Assembly: GCF_009914755.1 (NCBI RefSeq)
Contig: NC_060927.1
Source: the human T2T-CHM13v2.0 reference genome, Homo sapiens
Direction: 5' to 3' (one strand)
Length of the DNA stretch: 64,000 nt
The position numbers and the translations under genes were made by a program. Shown here in pieces: positions 27,653-41,749 of the stretch; position 1 is the first letter of the stretch, and each line of letters opens with the position of its first letter. A model generated the notes under the pieces. That model saw only the letters and a program-made list of their open reading frames with translations. It searched no databases and was not told the DNA's origin.

Positions 27653-30132
27653 TTTTTTTTAACTTTTAAGTTTGGAGGTACAAACCCAGGTTTGTTACAT
27701 AGGTAAACTTGTTTCATGCGAGTTTTTGTACAGATTATTTCATCACCCAGGTATTAAGCCTAGTACCCATTAGTTGATTTTTCTGATCCTCTCCCTCCTC
27801 CTACCCTCTGCCCTCTGAAAGGCCCCAGTGTGTGGTGTTCTCCTGTGTCCATGTGTTCTCATCATTTAGCTCCCAGTTGTGAGAACATGCAGCATTTGGT
27901 TTTCTTTTCCTGCGTTAGTTTGCTAAAGATAATAGCCTCCAGCTCCATCCGTGTTCCCACAAGACTTGATCTTGTTTTTTTATGGCTGCATAGTATTTAA
28001 TGGTGTATATCTACTACATTTTCGTTATCCAGTCTGTCATTAATGGACATTTAGGTTGATTCCATGTCTTTGCTCTTGTGAATAGTGCTGCAATGAATGT
28101 ATGCATGCATGTGTCTTTATAATAGAATTACTTATATTCCTCTGGGTATATACCCAGTAATGGGATTGTTGGGTCCAATGGTATTTCTGTCTTTAATCCA
28201 TCTTGAGTTCACTTTGTATATGGTGTAAGGAAGCGGTACCATTTCAATCTTGTGTATATGGCTAGTCTGTTATCCCAGCACCATTTATTAAATAAGGAAT
28301 CCTTTCCCCATTGCTTGTTTTTGTCTTGTTTGTCAAAGATTAGATAGTTGTAGGTGTGTGGTCTTATTTCTGGATTCCCTATTCTGTTCCATTTGTCTGT
28401 GTGCCTATTCTTGTACTAGTGCCGTGCTCTTTTGGTTACTGTAGCCTGGTAGTATAAGTTGGGTAGCATGATGCCTCCAGCTTTGTTTTTTTTTGTTTTT
28501 GTTTTTATTTGTTTTGCTTAGGATTGTCTTGGCTATTCAGGCCCTTTTTTGGTTCCATATGAATTTAAAAATAGTTTTCTTCTAGTTTTGTGAAGAATGC
28601 CAATGGTAGTTTAATAGGAATAGCATTGAATCTATAAATTGTTTTGGGCAATATGGCCATTTTAATAATATTAATTCCTTCTATGCATGAGCATAGAATG
28701 TTTTCCATTTGTTTCCGTCATCTCTGATTTTCTTGAGCAGTGTTTTGTAGTTCTCTTAATAGAACTCTTTCATCTCTCTAGTTAGCTGTATTCCTAGGTA
28801 TTTTATTGCTTTTTTTGGCAACTGTGAATGGGAGTTTGCTTGCGATTTGACTCTCTGCTTGACCATTGTTGATATATAGAAATGCTAGGGACTTTTGCAC
28901 ATTGATTTTGTATCCTGAGGCTTTGCTGAAGTTGTGTATCAGCTTAAGAAGCTTTTGGCCTGAGACAATGGGGTTTTCTAGATATAGAATCATATCATCT
29001 GCAAACACAGACAGTTTGACTTCCTCTCTTTCTATTTGAATACGCTTCATTTCTTTCTCTTGCCTGATTGCCCTGGCCAGAACTTCCAATAATATGTTGA
29101 ATAGGAGTGGTGAGAGAGGGCATCCTTGTCTTTTGCAGTTTTCAAGGGGAATGGTTCCAGCTTTTGCCCATTCAGCCTGATGTTGGCTGTGGGTTTTTCA
29201 CATATGGCTCTTATTATTTTGAGGTATGTTCCTTCAATACTTAGTTTATTCAGAGTTTTTAACATGAAAGGATGATGATATTTATCAAAAGACTTCTCTG
29301 CATCTATTGAGATAATCGTCTGGTTTTTGTCTTTAGTTCTGTTTACGTGATGCATCACATTTATTGATTTGTGTATGTTGAACCAACCTTGCATTTCTGG
29401 CGTGAAGCCTACTTGATTGTGATGGATAAGCTTTTTGATGTGCTGCTGGATGCAGTCTGCTAGTATTTTGTTGAGAGTTTTTGCATCGATGTTCATCAAG
29501 GATATTGACTTGAAGTTTCCTCTTTGTTTTACCTCTGCCAGGTTTTGGAATCAGGATAATGCTGGCCTCCTTAGGAAGTAGTCCCTTCTTCCCTCCTTTT
29601 TGGTTTTTTGGAATAGTTCAGTAGTAATGGTACCAGCTCTTCTTTGTACATCTGGTAGACTTCAGCCAGAAATCTGTGTGGTCATGGGTTTGTTTGTTTG
29701 TTTTGTTTTGTTTTTTGTTTGGCAGGCTATTTATTGCTGCCTCAATTTCAAAGCCAGTTATTCACCTGTTCAGGGATTCAATTTCTTTCTGGCTCAACCT
29801 TGGGAAGGTGTATGTACCCAGGAATTTATCCATTTCTTCTAGATATTCTAGTTTATGTGCACAGAGGTGTTTATAACATTCTCTCATGGTTCTTTGTTTT
29901 TTCGTGGGGTCAGTGGTAATATCACCCTTATAATTTCTGATTATGTTTATTTGAATCTTCTCTCTTTTCTTCTTTATTAATCTAGCTAGTGGTCTATTTT
30001 ATTAATTTTTTCAAAAAACCAGCTCTGGGATTTGTTGATCTTTTGAAGGGTTTTTCGTGTCTCTACTCCTTCAGTTCGCCTCTGATTTTTGTTATTTTTT
30101 AACTGCTAGTTTTGGGATTTGTTTGCTCTTGG
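27653..30132 (-). mobile_element. 5'-truncated L1PA (L1PA11-13-like) with an internal deletion
   Basis: Antisense L1 3'UTR and ORF2 RT (ORFs 28778-29089 and 29047-29499: [23 protein letters not shown]). TSD TAGAACAGTTTC at 27641-27652 and 30133-30144. Confidence 0.93.
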
Positions 30133-32039
30133 TAGAACAGTTTCAATACAAAGCTAAGGTAAACAAAACCCAGTGAACTCTTTAACAGGTTATTTGTATA
30201 CAATATTCAAGCATATTATATGGTCTAATTTATTTTACATGTACTTTTATGATTCAGATGTTAGAAAATGCATCCCCCTCCAATATTTTTGGAAAAAAAC
30301 GTGATTAGAATTTTCTTTTGAAGTTTTGCAAACCAGGGAAACTTGAGATTCCTTTTCAATAGATGACAACACCCTATCCTTTTAAGTTAAATGGCTGCCA
30401 GGAAACTACCAAAAACAGTTGAGAAATGATGTGCAAATTTGAGACGAGACCTGTCACTTCATTTTTCCTCTCTAGCTTTTCACCAGCCTGAAACTTTGAG
30501 AAAAAAGAGAGGACAATAAGGAAATTTGGGGCAGATTATTAATGTGAACTTTAGCATATCAATAATAAAATAATTTGCCTGGACTTAATTATTTTTATCC
30601 CAAATTGTCTTCCTAAAACATGTTTTTGTCCTGATGTAATGCAAGTGATGAGTACTTTCAGTTAAAAAATTCTTATTTAGTAAACAGTTTCATTTGTAAA
30701 TGATACTCTGAGCTCAGACACAAATGTATGTCCCACAAACCTATTTAAGCCACGAGAAACACTAGAGCAACTACCCATGAAATAAATGCCCATGTTGGGG
30801 AACAGATCTGAAAGCATTGTGAATTGTAAGTATTTTATGTAGGAAAGTTAAATGCAACAGTTCATAGTTTTATGTTCTGCCAACTTAACCATGAGCCTAA
30901 TCTTTGTTATGCTTTTTTCTATTATTAGCTGAGATTTAAGAGGCATTTGGAAGTGCCCCAGTTAGCTGGAAACAGATGGCCTGTTCTTTCTCTTCTTAGA
31001 ATCAACCAGAGAGCTCTACAGTAGCTGCTCAACTGTGGCTTCAGATTGTTTAGGGTTTTTTTGTTTGCTTGTCTTTTGTTTTTTTTGGGGGGTTTTTTTG
31101 TACACATGATGATGCCCTATTTTGGCAATTTACGATACTGTACAATCTTTCAATTCATCATTGCTTAAGTGAAATGCTATACTTTAGTAATCAATGTTCA
31201 AAAACTTCCTATCGTACAAACTTTTCAACTTTTATGTAGACTATTATGAACTGGCAACCTCTGGACTAGTTTAATACAAGTGGCACATTTTTGTGACAGT
31301 ACTAACAGTATATAATATTGCTTGCCCTGGAAGGTTGTATAGCAATGGAAATAGAGCACAAGTGATACATACATGAGAATGTGAAAATCTGCCATCTTTA
31401 TCCCATCAATATTTGCTGATGGATCTTCCCTCAAAGAATTAAAACAAATGAAAGATAAATTCAAAAAGTCATACTTTTTACACAGAGTTTTGCTTTTAAA
31501 AAATGTCAATCATTTGTGAAGAAGCATTACAGAATATTATTTCACAAAATCTTAGATGTGAAAGCGAACCTAGAGATTATTCAATCCAATCACTTCATAT
31601 TTAAGTTTAAAAAACTGAATTCTATGAAGGATCACAGAGCTACTCAATTAGTAGCAAGACCAAGCATAGGACCCCAATTTCCTGACTCAAAGTCCAGTCT
31701 TTACTATTTTATGATTAATTACTTTTGTTTCAGGTGTTTATCTCAAAAGTAGATTGTACTAATTCAGAAATGTAAGACACTTCTTATTTTGTGAGAATCA
31801 GACTGACATTAGTGGGAATTCCAAGTCGTAACTGCTTTCCTGTCAAACTGGGACCTAAATTTACTGATGCCTTCTGAGTAAATCAACAAATAACACTAAA
31901 TGCCGTTACGGCTTTGTGCCATTCTAGCCTTATCCTTGATCACATCTCATAAAATGGAAAAGGGGTGAAGGGTTGAGAGTGAGCTTTGGGAACTAAGTCT
32001 CTAACCTCTTTGGCTCTATTTCTTAAATTAAAATGTGAA

Positions 32040-32227
32040 AAATTTATAGTTTAGTTAATAGTAATGTACCAATGTTAATTTTATAGTTTTTACAAATGTG
32101 CTTGATAACATAAGATATCACCACTGGAGGAAACTAGGTGAAAGATGTGGGGTACACAGGTGCTCTCTGTACACTTTGAACTTTTGTGTAAATCTAAACT
32201 TATCTCAAAACAAAAAGTGTTTTTAAA
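32040..32227 (+). mobile_element. L1MC-like 3' end fragment
   Basis: tagttaatagtaatgtaccaatgttaatt..ctctctgtac..gtaaatctaaacttatctcaaaacaaaaagt. Confidence 0.7.
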
Positions 32228-33007
32228 GCAAAACAACAACAAAAACACCCCAAAAATTATAGTCATGGGCACTAGATTAACCTTGAAGCACAGAGACAGA
32301 TATGTAAGTATGTTTCTTATCAATGATGTTTGTAATCAATGCTATGAAGTATAGATATTTTAAGAGCAATAGAGATGAAATCTCAAGCTTTTCTCTGATA
32401 TTTGCTCTTATTAAGTATTTGTAGCAGTAACAAATACTTCACCAATAACCACCCCACCCTCATCTCCCTTACACAGACATAAAGACACTCAGACTTCTGA
32501 AACTTATCCTGATATCTCTCAGTCACTTCTGCAGCTGAGTAGTCCCATGCTTCAGGCCCTTGCCTAGGAGGCTGAAGGGGGTGGAGAAGCTCCCATGTTA
32601 TGCCCCATCATAATCATTTTCTTCCAGTGCTCTGCCTCTCCCAGCAAACTGCTTGCCACCTTTTGCATCACAAAAATCACAGTGCTTTTCCACCTCTCAT
32701 CCTAATGAAGTCCACGAGGATGATTAAGTGGACCTTCAGAATTGTGGAGAGGGGGGAAACAAATGTTAGTAAGAGTATTTTTTTATGCTTGGAATTTGCA
32801 TTTGACACTTCTTAATTACTGTTAAAGTAATATCCAGATTCTAAATATCAAGGCATACTATGTTTATATTGTAGATTGTGTTTGGATAATTCTATTTTCT
32901 CTGGTATGATGTTATGCTTTTGGGACACATTTTCCCACTAAAGTGGGAAGTGCAAACCTATTTAATAATGATCTCAACACAGCACAATTTAAAATGATAA
33001 TTGGAAA

Positions 33008-33283
33008 TGATCTTTTGTACAGCATCACGAGATAACTATACAAATGAACTCTTGTATGGTTAATAATGTATTTAAAACTTGAAAACTGCTAAGAATAAAT
33101 CTTAAATGTTCTCACCACACACACACACAAAAAGACAACAATGTGAGTTCATGGATATGTTACTGGGCTTGATTGTGGTAATCATTTCATAACGTATATG
33201 TATATCGAAACATCATGTTGTATACCATAAATATATACAATTTTTGTTTATCAATTATACCCCAATAAAACTGAAGAAAAAAA
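33008..33283 (+). mobile_element. L1MA8/9-like 3' end fragment
   Basis: cttgaaaactgctaaga..aatgttctcaccacac..gcttgattgtggtaatcatttc..caattataccccaataaa. Confidence 0.75.
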
Positions 33284-34964
33284 GAATCAAAATATGCCCA
33301 AAAGACCACTGGAGGAAAAAAATACAACAAAATGATTACTTCTGGGTTAAAATTCTGATAATGCCACTTTGAACAAGTTACTTAATGTCCCTGAGCCTTA
33401 TTTTTCACATCTTTAAAGTAGAGATAACAATTCCTAAGTCTTTGTGATTATTAATGAAATAACGAACCAAAATGTGGGCTGTAATTGTACCTATTCCATA
33501 GGGTTAGTACACGTAAATGAGATGGGATGTACCATTTTCGCAGAGTATCTAGAGCACAGGTAGCACTTAATAAAATGTTGACCATGTGCTAACCTGCTAA
33601 CAAGGAAGCCCTCACATGGGCTCCATTCTTGCTGCTAGCTAACTTCTTTTACAACATGGCTCATTCATACCATATTAAGTAGAACACCATTTTGAATTAT
33701 AGGTGTGATTAAGTACTTGCTGATTATTTCTACCCTTTCTCTCCACACACATATCGTTTAGCAAACATCTAAATCTGATTTAACAAGCTTATCTTTTACT
33801 AGGTGGTTTTTCATATTACTGAAGTGTTTTATATAACCACAGAGATTCTCCATAGTTTTTCATTAAATAACTTGCTCGCATTCCTTATATTGAACCTAAA
33901 ACATGTTAATTTACCAAATGCTAACATAAATCAAAGTTTTTAGGAACACATCTGTTGTATAAAACAGATCACACCTGTACACATTGTTAATGCACACATA
34001 TAAATAGTAAACCAAAGTATATTATTGTAGGAAATCTAAAGAGTAAAATAATAAACTCCTATTTAGAGTTAAAAGTATGTAATTAAGCAAAATACTGGGT
34101 CCATGGTAACTATGCAATCGAAAAATACATCAACTGAATTATCATGCTAATGATAAACTCTTCTAGGAATGACTGTGAAGTCATTCTGTCTTTGAAATTG
34201 ATTATTTATTTCATAAACCTATTGTATTCATGGAATCTATTTTACTAATTATGAGATTATTTTATGATACCTTTTGTTTTTATCATAAGTCAGTGTCCTC
34301 AGTATATTTAGATTCTACTTTATGTTGTGTATGTTTTTTCATTCAAAATGTTCTTTAGGAAAAAAAAAATTTGAGCAGAAACAGGCTGTCCTAGGACATC
34401 CTTTCCTTTAGAGACATGAGTTTCTCCAGCATAAAAAAATGATTGGATTCCAAATTGGTTAAATAGCATCTTCTGTAACAGTACAGTCACATGTTGTCTT
34501 GTTACCGTGGAACATGTACTGTCATTTCAGAAGAGCCATTCTGTGAAAAAGTTTTATTTGGCCCACATAGCCAATCCTCGGATTTGTGGATGTTACCTCC
34601 TTTCTGTGTTACCAGTTTTTTTCATCATCATTATTGCTTCTGCTTCATCAGCTGTAACACAGTTTAGGGCAATCCTTTTAAAGAATGAGATGTTTCTCAA
34701 AATAGACAAAACAGTTGGCCAGACAGAAAAGAGATATCAACAAAATTAGGTCAGTTGTTTGTCTGTGTGTTGCTCCCTGAAACACTTCAGAGACACACCA
34801 TCTCACACATGTGTAAATGAACAGACATTGAGTAAGCATATCACCTGTGCATTCCAATACAAATTTTTATCCTATTTTATTAAGGAAAGTAAATGATATG
34901 CAAAGTGATTTCATTCAGAGAATACAGGACCAAAACAACCAAATAAATTCTTGGTTCGGACCCT

Positions 34965-35022
34965 CTTTAGCAAGCCCTCTAGGTGTTTCTGATGCAAGCT
35001 AAAGGTTGAAAAACACTCTGTA
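34965..35022. mobile_element. MER5A terminal fragment
   Basis: caagccctctaggtgtttctgatgcaagctaaaggttgaaaaacact matches the MER5A end. Confidence 0.65.
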
Positions 35023-36192
35023 GCAACACAGAAGGAATAAGGCACAGTACTTGCCCTTAAGCACTTCTCCTTGGTCTCAAGGAATTCCCAGCTGCTTCAA
35101 ATTTGCATTTTAATTACCTAGCACAGTTTTATCATATATAAGCTTAGTTGATAATGATAATATTATTACTGCTTAAGAGTGTAATGGTTTTTCATCTCTT
35201 CTTGAGCAGTCATTCAATCAAGTGTTTATTAGAAAGTAGTAGTTAGTATCCATTACAAAAATCCTTATGAATCTTATGAGTTGAGCTGCATTGTTATTGC
35301 TTGTTGCAACACACACATAGAGAAAGAATTATAAAATATAAAATCTTAAGGGACAAATATTTTCAATAAAGAATTTTAAAGTGATTTTTGTGTTGTGTTT
35401 AAATTCTAGATAATATTATTAAGCTTATACTTGCTATCTTCTCATGTTTATTAATATAGGTTGTTTACAGCTTTCTGACAGCACAATTAATATACAATTA
35501 ACTATACATATTTATAAAGCATTTAATTTGATAAATTTTGACACATATATACATAGTATCATAAAACAGTTTGTAGAGGGGCTTTCAATTCTAATAGATT
35601 ACAAGTATTCATTACTTGTGCAAGTTTTCCCCCTTCCAACCCTAATTTCGAAGTGGGACTGCAAAGAAGGCTTCCTGAGTAAAGTAACATGAGCTGAGAT
35701 TTGTAAAACAACTGGATACCTGCCCAAGTGAATACAAAGGGGAAGAGTTTTACAGAATGGAAATAAAGTCTATCTCACCCAGACTTCTAGACTTCTCACC
35801 TCTGACATCTAGACTTATGGCTGTTGTAACTTATCATCACATTGGGTTTTGAAATATTTACTCAATTTCTTTGTTTCTTCTTATAATTCCAAATGAGATG
35901 AGCTTAACAGGGCAAGTGAAATAAACAACACTGTTTCTGAGAGTAGCCATCCCTGCAGTTTGTTTCTTGCATTAGAGTAACTTGTTTAGCTTTGACCATC
36001 AATCCACTCTGGAATTCATATTTATATGCTGTGTGTATTATAGAGAACAGCATGAGTAAAATTATATTTTCACTTTTAAAGAATGAAATCTAATAGCTTG
36101 CCTTTAATTTCCTTTTTACCTTCTTCTTCCTCTGAGCAAATTATTACCTCCCCAAATGTTCATTTATCATTACTCCCATGTGTTAATACTGA

Positions 36193-36483
<291 letters not shown>

Positions 36484-38406
36484 TAACTGTCACTGCCTGT
36501 TTGTTCTGTCCTGAAATACAAAACAGATAAACTGATTAACACTGGAAGATTCTAAAAGCACTAATTAGACAGTCTAGATGCAAAGCTGTAGTTGTCTCTG
36601 TGGTTCCATGTAAAAAAGGACTTGAGAGATTAACACACAAGAGCATGCATTTAAGAAGAATGGAGCAAGATTAACACGTGGGGCTCCTCTTATGTAGAAT
36701 CATTACCTCATCCAGCTTACTGTTTTATCCTGCAAAGGTAAGATGAAGTAAGAGGTGGCTATGTAGGCAAACTTATAATACACATTTGCCCTGCCCACTA
36801 GGATATGTACTCTGGACAGTGGCTTAGAACCTGAATTTTCCTAGATCCTCCAACTTACTTTTACATATGCCCTCTTTCTGGTCCACATTGTGGCCTTGAA
36901 ACTATGGATCAAGTCTGTTTCAGACTCTTCACTCAGTTTCTTCATCTTTCAAATGAGGTATTAGGCAAGATGCAACTGTGGTTCTTTCTATCTCTGATGT
37001 AATGTTATATGACCATAAATATCATTGCTTTCTATAAAGCAAGGGTATTAGTAAGATCCAGCAGTACTTCTCCCAATAACAAAACAAATTTCATTTAGAT
37101 GTGAATTGTATTTTCAGTCTTCGCACTTCTCTCCCTAGGCAACTCATTTTATAAGACTCAATGAAAGAGGGTGGTTGATTCAGCAAACATCTATCCCCAC
37201 TCCTGGAATGAAAGCCCCAAATACACTTACTTTGGAAAGCTCAAAACATTAAAAAATTAGGAAATTTGCCCAAAATGCTCTCTAGAGAATTTTATGACAA
37301 TCAAAAACAGGAACAAATATTTCTTATATGAACATAATGAAATAATCTGCATTTTATATTTCTCTTCAAAGAAATCAAATTTTTAAAGCATTAAGCATAT
37401 TTTTTAAAGCCAGTAAGTTCAATATTCTGTTTAACTAAGAGACAGCTATGATTCATAAATATACATAAAGTCTGCAAAAACTGAGACTCATAGATGGCAA
37501 ACGTGAGGAGAGATGGGAAGACTTGACAAGAGGGTCTAGCATGTCAAATCTCAGAAAGCATCAACAAAAATACACTTCCTAAGTATGAGGTTCATGATCC
37601 AAAGTGCAAAAGCTATCACCCTCCTTTATTGCAAGTAAGAGCACCAAGTGAGCAAGTTTGGTGGAGAAGTAGAGAAGGCTCAACTCACAAAGAATCACAC
37701 GGACCATTCATATTTGCAGAGATCATGCTAACAACAGACAATAATTCAAAATATATTAATAAAGTTATTGCTGTTATTAAAGAAGACCACAAACAAAAAG
37801 TATCTTAGAAAAGATATAATAACAGAGGTTAAAGATAAGCTAAAATAGCTAAGCAAAGACGTAAAAGAAAAAAGCAAAGCCATCTTATGCACAAAGATAA
37901 AATTGAAGAGAAAAAAGGGAATAGATATTGCAAAGAATATAATGAGTCATAAAGGATAAAAAGAAGGAAAGCAAAAGGAACTGAAGGGAAGGAAGAAAAA
38001 GTGGAGAGAAAAAACAAAAAGAGACAGAGGGAGGAGAGGGAGAGAGATAAAGGATGGAAGGCAGGCAGGCAGGCAAAAGAAAGAAAGAAAAAGAGTGAGT
38101 GACAAAGACAGAAAGAAACAAACTTAAAAAGAGTAGAGAAATCCCTAACAGTAGAAAGCAGGCTAAGGAGAACCAACATATGTATATTGCTTGTTAATAC
38201 ATAAATAAATTTTAATAAGAGTCAGCAGATTCAAGGGAAGACTTTTCACTATATAGCATTTTACATAATTTTTTAAAAAAATTTTGATAACATGAATTAT
38301 TGCATGTAATTTTTTTAAGCAAGAAGAAGAGAACTAGCTAGATAGAGGCACAATAGAAAGGAAGGAAAATAACAGGCTTGATTCAACCATTTATGTATTC
38401 AAATAT

Positions 38407-38773
38407 TGTATTAGTTAATTCTCACACTGCTAATGAAGACATATCCAAGACTGGGCAATTTATAAAGAAAAAGAGGTTTAATGGATTCACGGTTCCACAT
38501 GGCTGGGGAGGCCTCACAATAGTGGTGGAAGACAATGGAAGAGCACAAGCACATTTCACATGGTGGCAGGCAAGAGAGCACGTGCAGGGGAACTGCCCTT
38601 TATAAAACCATAAGATCTTGTAAGGCTTATTTACTATCAGGAGAACAGCACAGGAAAAGCCTGCCACCATGATTCAACTACCTCCCACTGGGTCCCTCCC
38701 CACAACACGTGGGGATTATGGGAGCTACAATTCAAGGTGAGATTTTGGTTGGGGACACAGCCAAACCATATCA
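38407..38773 (-). mobile_element. THE1 (B/C/D-type) solo LTR
   Basis: tgtattagtt..ggctggggaggcctcacaat..gggagctacaattcaag..ggggacacagccaaaccatatca. Confidence 0.92.
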
Positions 38774-38961
38774 AGTGTATAACCAAATACTTACTGAATG
38801 TCTATTATATGCCAACACCAATACAATAATAAATAGTGAACATTTATTAGTTGTTTTTATGTTCCATTCTCTGTTCTAAGTGTTCTGACATAATACCATA
38901 ATTTTTAAAGCAAATCTTTGGGGTTGGCACTATTATTATTTCATATAACAAACAGACAATT

Positions 38962-39526
38962 TATTATACTATTTTCTCTGGACTCCAAACCCACCTTTAT
39001 TTATTTGCTTTGTAATGCTGGGGTTTGTACTCTGCAAAACTCATTCTTCTTCGCTAGCTGACCTCAGTTGCTTTCTCTTATGGGAGGAACCAAGGGAAGA
39101 CTGGCAGGCAGGAGGAGGGGAGGAGGGACTGCCTGCTCTGGTGTGCATGCTGTTCCCTCAGTGGAGGCGGGCACCTCAGCAGCAGCAGGTGGTTTCAGCC
39201 TTCATTCTCAGAACCAAACTGATTGGACCTCCTCAGACAATCTTGCATCAGTCAGGGGCACTATCTTGTCCAAAGAGAACCCTGGCTCCCTGACACTCCA
39301 CACAGCTCCTGCTCTGTGTTTCTATGTTCTGATAACTGCACTTCTTCCCTTTGTGTATCCAGCCCTAAGGGTTAAGCCTTCTACATTTGCTATGTCCATG
39401 TTACCTCTATGCTCCCTTTTTATTTATTCAGCCTTCCAACCCCAGGAAAACCAGTTCTCTATACTGAATTACTGCTGTTGAAATATTTAGTGTAATTTCT
39501 TTCTTCTAAATCTTCCAACTGATGCA
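38962..39526 (+). mobile_element. LTR33-like ERVL solo LTR inserted within a MIR
   Basis: ctccaaacccacc..gctttgtaatgctgggg..ctctgcaaaac..gactggcaggcaggaggagggg..tgttgaaata..ctgatgca. MIR halves lie at ~38830-38945 and ~39530-39640. Confidence 0.75.
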
Positions 39527-41448
39527 GATTGATATTATCCACATTTTTCAGATGACAGATCTAAAGTATGGAGAATTAAAGTAACTTTCCCAATGCCACA
39601 CAACCAGTTAGTAAAGATGCAAGGTTTGAACCCAGGTGCATACTTACTTCTCTCCTTAAATATGTAAAGGGAAACTTTACTGAACTATAAGACTGCTGTG
39701 ATGGAGTATTAGGAGATGTTGAAGTCTACCTTGATCAAGTAAGCATTCTTCTTAGGCTAAAGTTCTGTTAATATTTTCTGCCCCACAATATTCCCCTCAA
39801 AGCCTGTTTTAGCATGTCCTCTTAATGACCTTAATTCAAGATATCACTTTGAGTTTTGAACCTTATAATAGGAGATGGCTCCTACAGGCTTCCTTGCATG
39901 AGAGATGTGATATGAGTGTGTGGGTCTTAAGCAATGGATCACGCAGCATACAGTGAAATCAAAGAAGTATAAAAACAAACCTTCCCTCAAAGAGCTTATG
40001 ATCCAGTTTGGAGGAGATGGGCTTAAACATGTGGAAAGAGTTTTAATGATACCAGGCAGTAAATGCTAAGTGCCACATCAGTTAGGAAGTTCAGAAGCAG
40101 TGAGAGTTTCTTGGAAAGACAGTGCCATGGCACAGTTGTTCAAGTAGCATGCTGGGGCTGCAGCAACTGTAACAAGCTCTTGGCTGATGTAGAGCAGTGA
40201 CAGCCTAGGGAGCAGAGAACAGGAATTCTCATTTTCTGAAGAGCTACAATGTGCCAGGCCCTGTGGTGACTGTTTTATATCCAGCGTTATGACTTTTATA
40301 ATTTCCATTCTCTGTGATATCCCATATTTCAGCCAAGCAAAATCACAAGCATTTTGCAGATAAACACAGTCTATACTTATTTAATACTTGCCCATGTTTC
40401 TTCTACTCCTGATGATAATTTTGGGAAATGCTCAAAGCCTAATTCTACTAATTTGACATTTCAAAAAATCCATAAGATAATTGAGCTTATTATCTATTGA
40501 TCCACTTACTGTATTGTGAGTAGTACTGAATCAAAAATTGTTAATGCACAAACTATTCCCTGCTGTTCTCTGTAGGTAGGTGCGACACTGATCACAAGGC
40601 CAAAAGATGTGGGAAATAATCTGATAATGTCACTTTGTTTCTTGTTTGTTGAATGTTTATTGAGCAAATGTCCTGGTGCAAAATCAGTGCTCATTGGTAA
40701 GTGGCATTAAAAAATTTAGGTGACCCGAGCAGCACTTAGGAAACTATTCATTTGAAAGTCAAATGCCATCTAAGTGACTTGAATTTATTAGTTAAAGCTT
40801 TTCATATTTGTGTTTGTGGGGAAATAATTTTATATTATTGTGAAAATTACCCTGGCTAGGAAAAATGATGCCTGCATTTTAATATTTCCTAATTAACTAA
40901 TTAATTGTAAAATGTTGAGAACTAATCATAAGAGCTCACACTATTGAGCACTTTGTTCATTTAATTCTCATAATACTGTGAGATAGAGATTATTAATACC
41001 CCAATTTAGACATAAGGCAGAAGAGATTTAGTGAGTTTAAATCCAGGACTCACTAAGACCTGGCAAACTTCTTCTAAAATATTCATTTTATTATGTACTA
41101 TAAATTTATTTTGTTTACTTAATTTTTATAAATATAAACAAATAATTTATTTTTAAAAAGAAAAATCTAAAATTTGTGTTACCATAGACTTAAGTCTAGG
41201 GTATCTCACTAGGAATCCCCCACACAAGGCTGATGAAATTGCTAATGGCAAGGATGCAATATACTAGAAAAATCGGCAGTAGCAATATTAAATGAGAAAG
41301 GGGACTGGCAAAACTCCAGATAATTATCAAGGACAGAGATAATATTGCTCAGTGAGAAGAAATGGGTGAAAAAATGCTGAATGGATCCACCTAGGAGTCC
41401 TCTGGGAACCCACCAGAATTTCCACAGGAGTTGTACAGGTTTTATTTT

Positions 41449-41552
41449 ATATATATATATAAATATACATATATACACACACACACATATATATACACAT
41501 ATGTGTGTGTATATGTATATAAACATAAACTTTATATATATGTGTATATATA
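41449..41552. repeat. Mixed (TA)/(CA)/(TG) microsatellite
   Basis: Alternating purine-pyrimidine low-complexity tract. Confidence 0.85.
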
Positions 41553-41749
41553 AAGTTTTCATTTAAGATGCCATATAAACTTCCATATAGGCATCTGTAA
41601 TTATGGAGTGTACAAACCACTAATATATGGGAGGAATATTTAAAACTATAAATCAGAGAGATTTAAAGCAAAAATAGTTTCTAAAAATTATACATAGACA
41701 AAACCATGTGAACTTTGAGAACACCCAAAACAAATAAGTAATTCTAATA

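Noticed and set aside
37829-38179. Hydrophobic minus-strand ORFs
   Set aside because: Translation of a GA-rich low-complexity tract.
39015-39481. 92-aa and 137-aa GC-richer ORFs
   Set aside because: They lie inside the LTR33-like element and show no recognisable protein motif.
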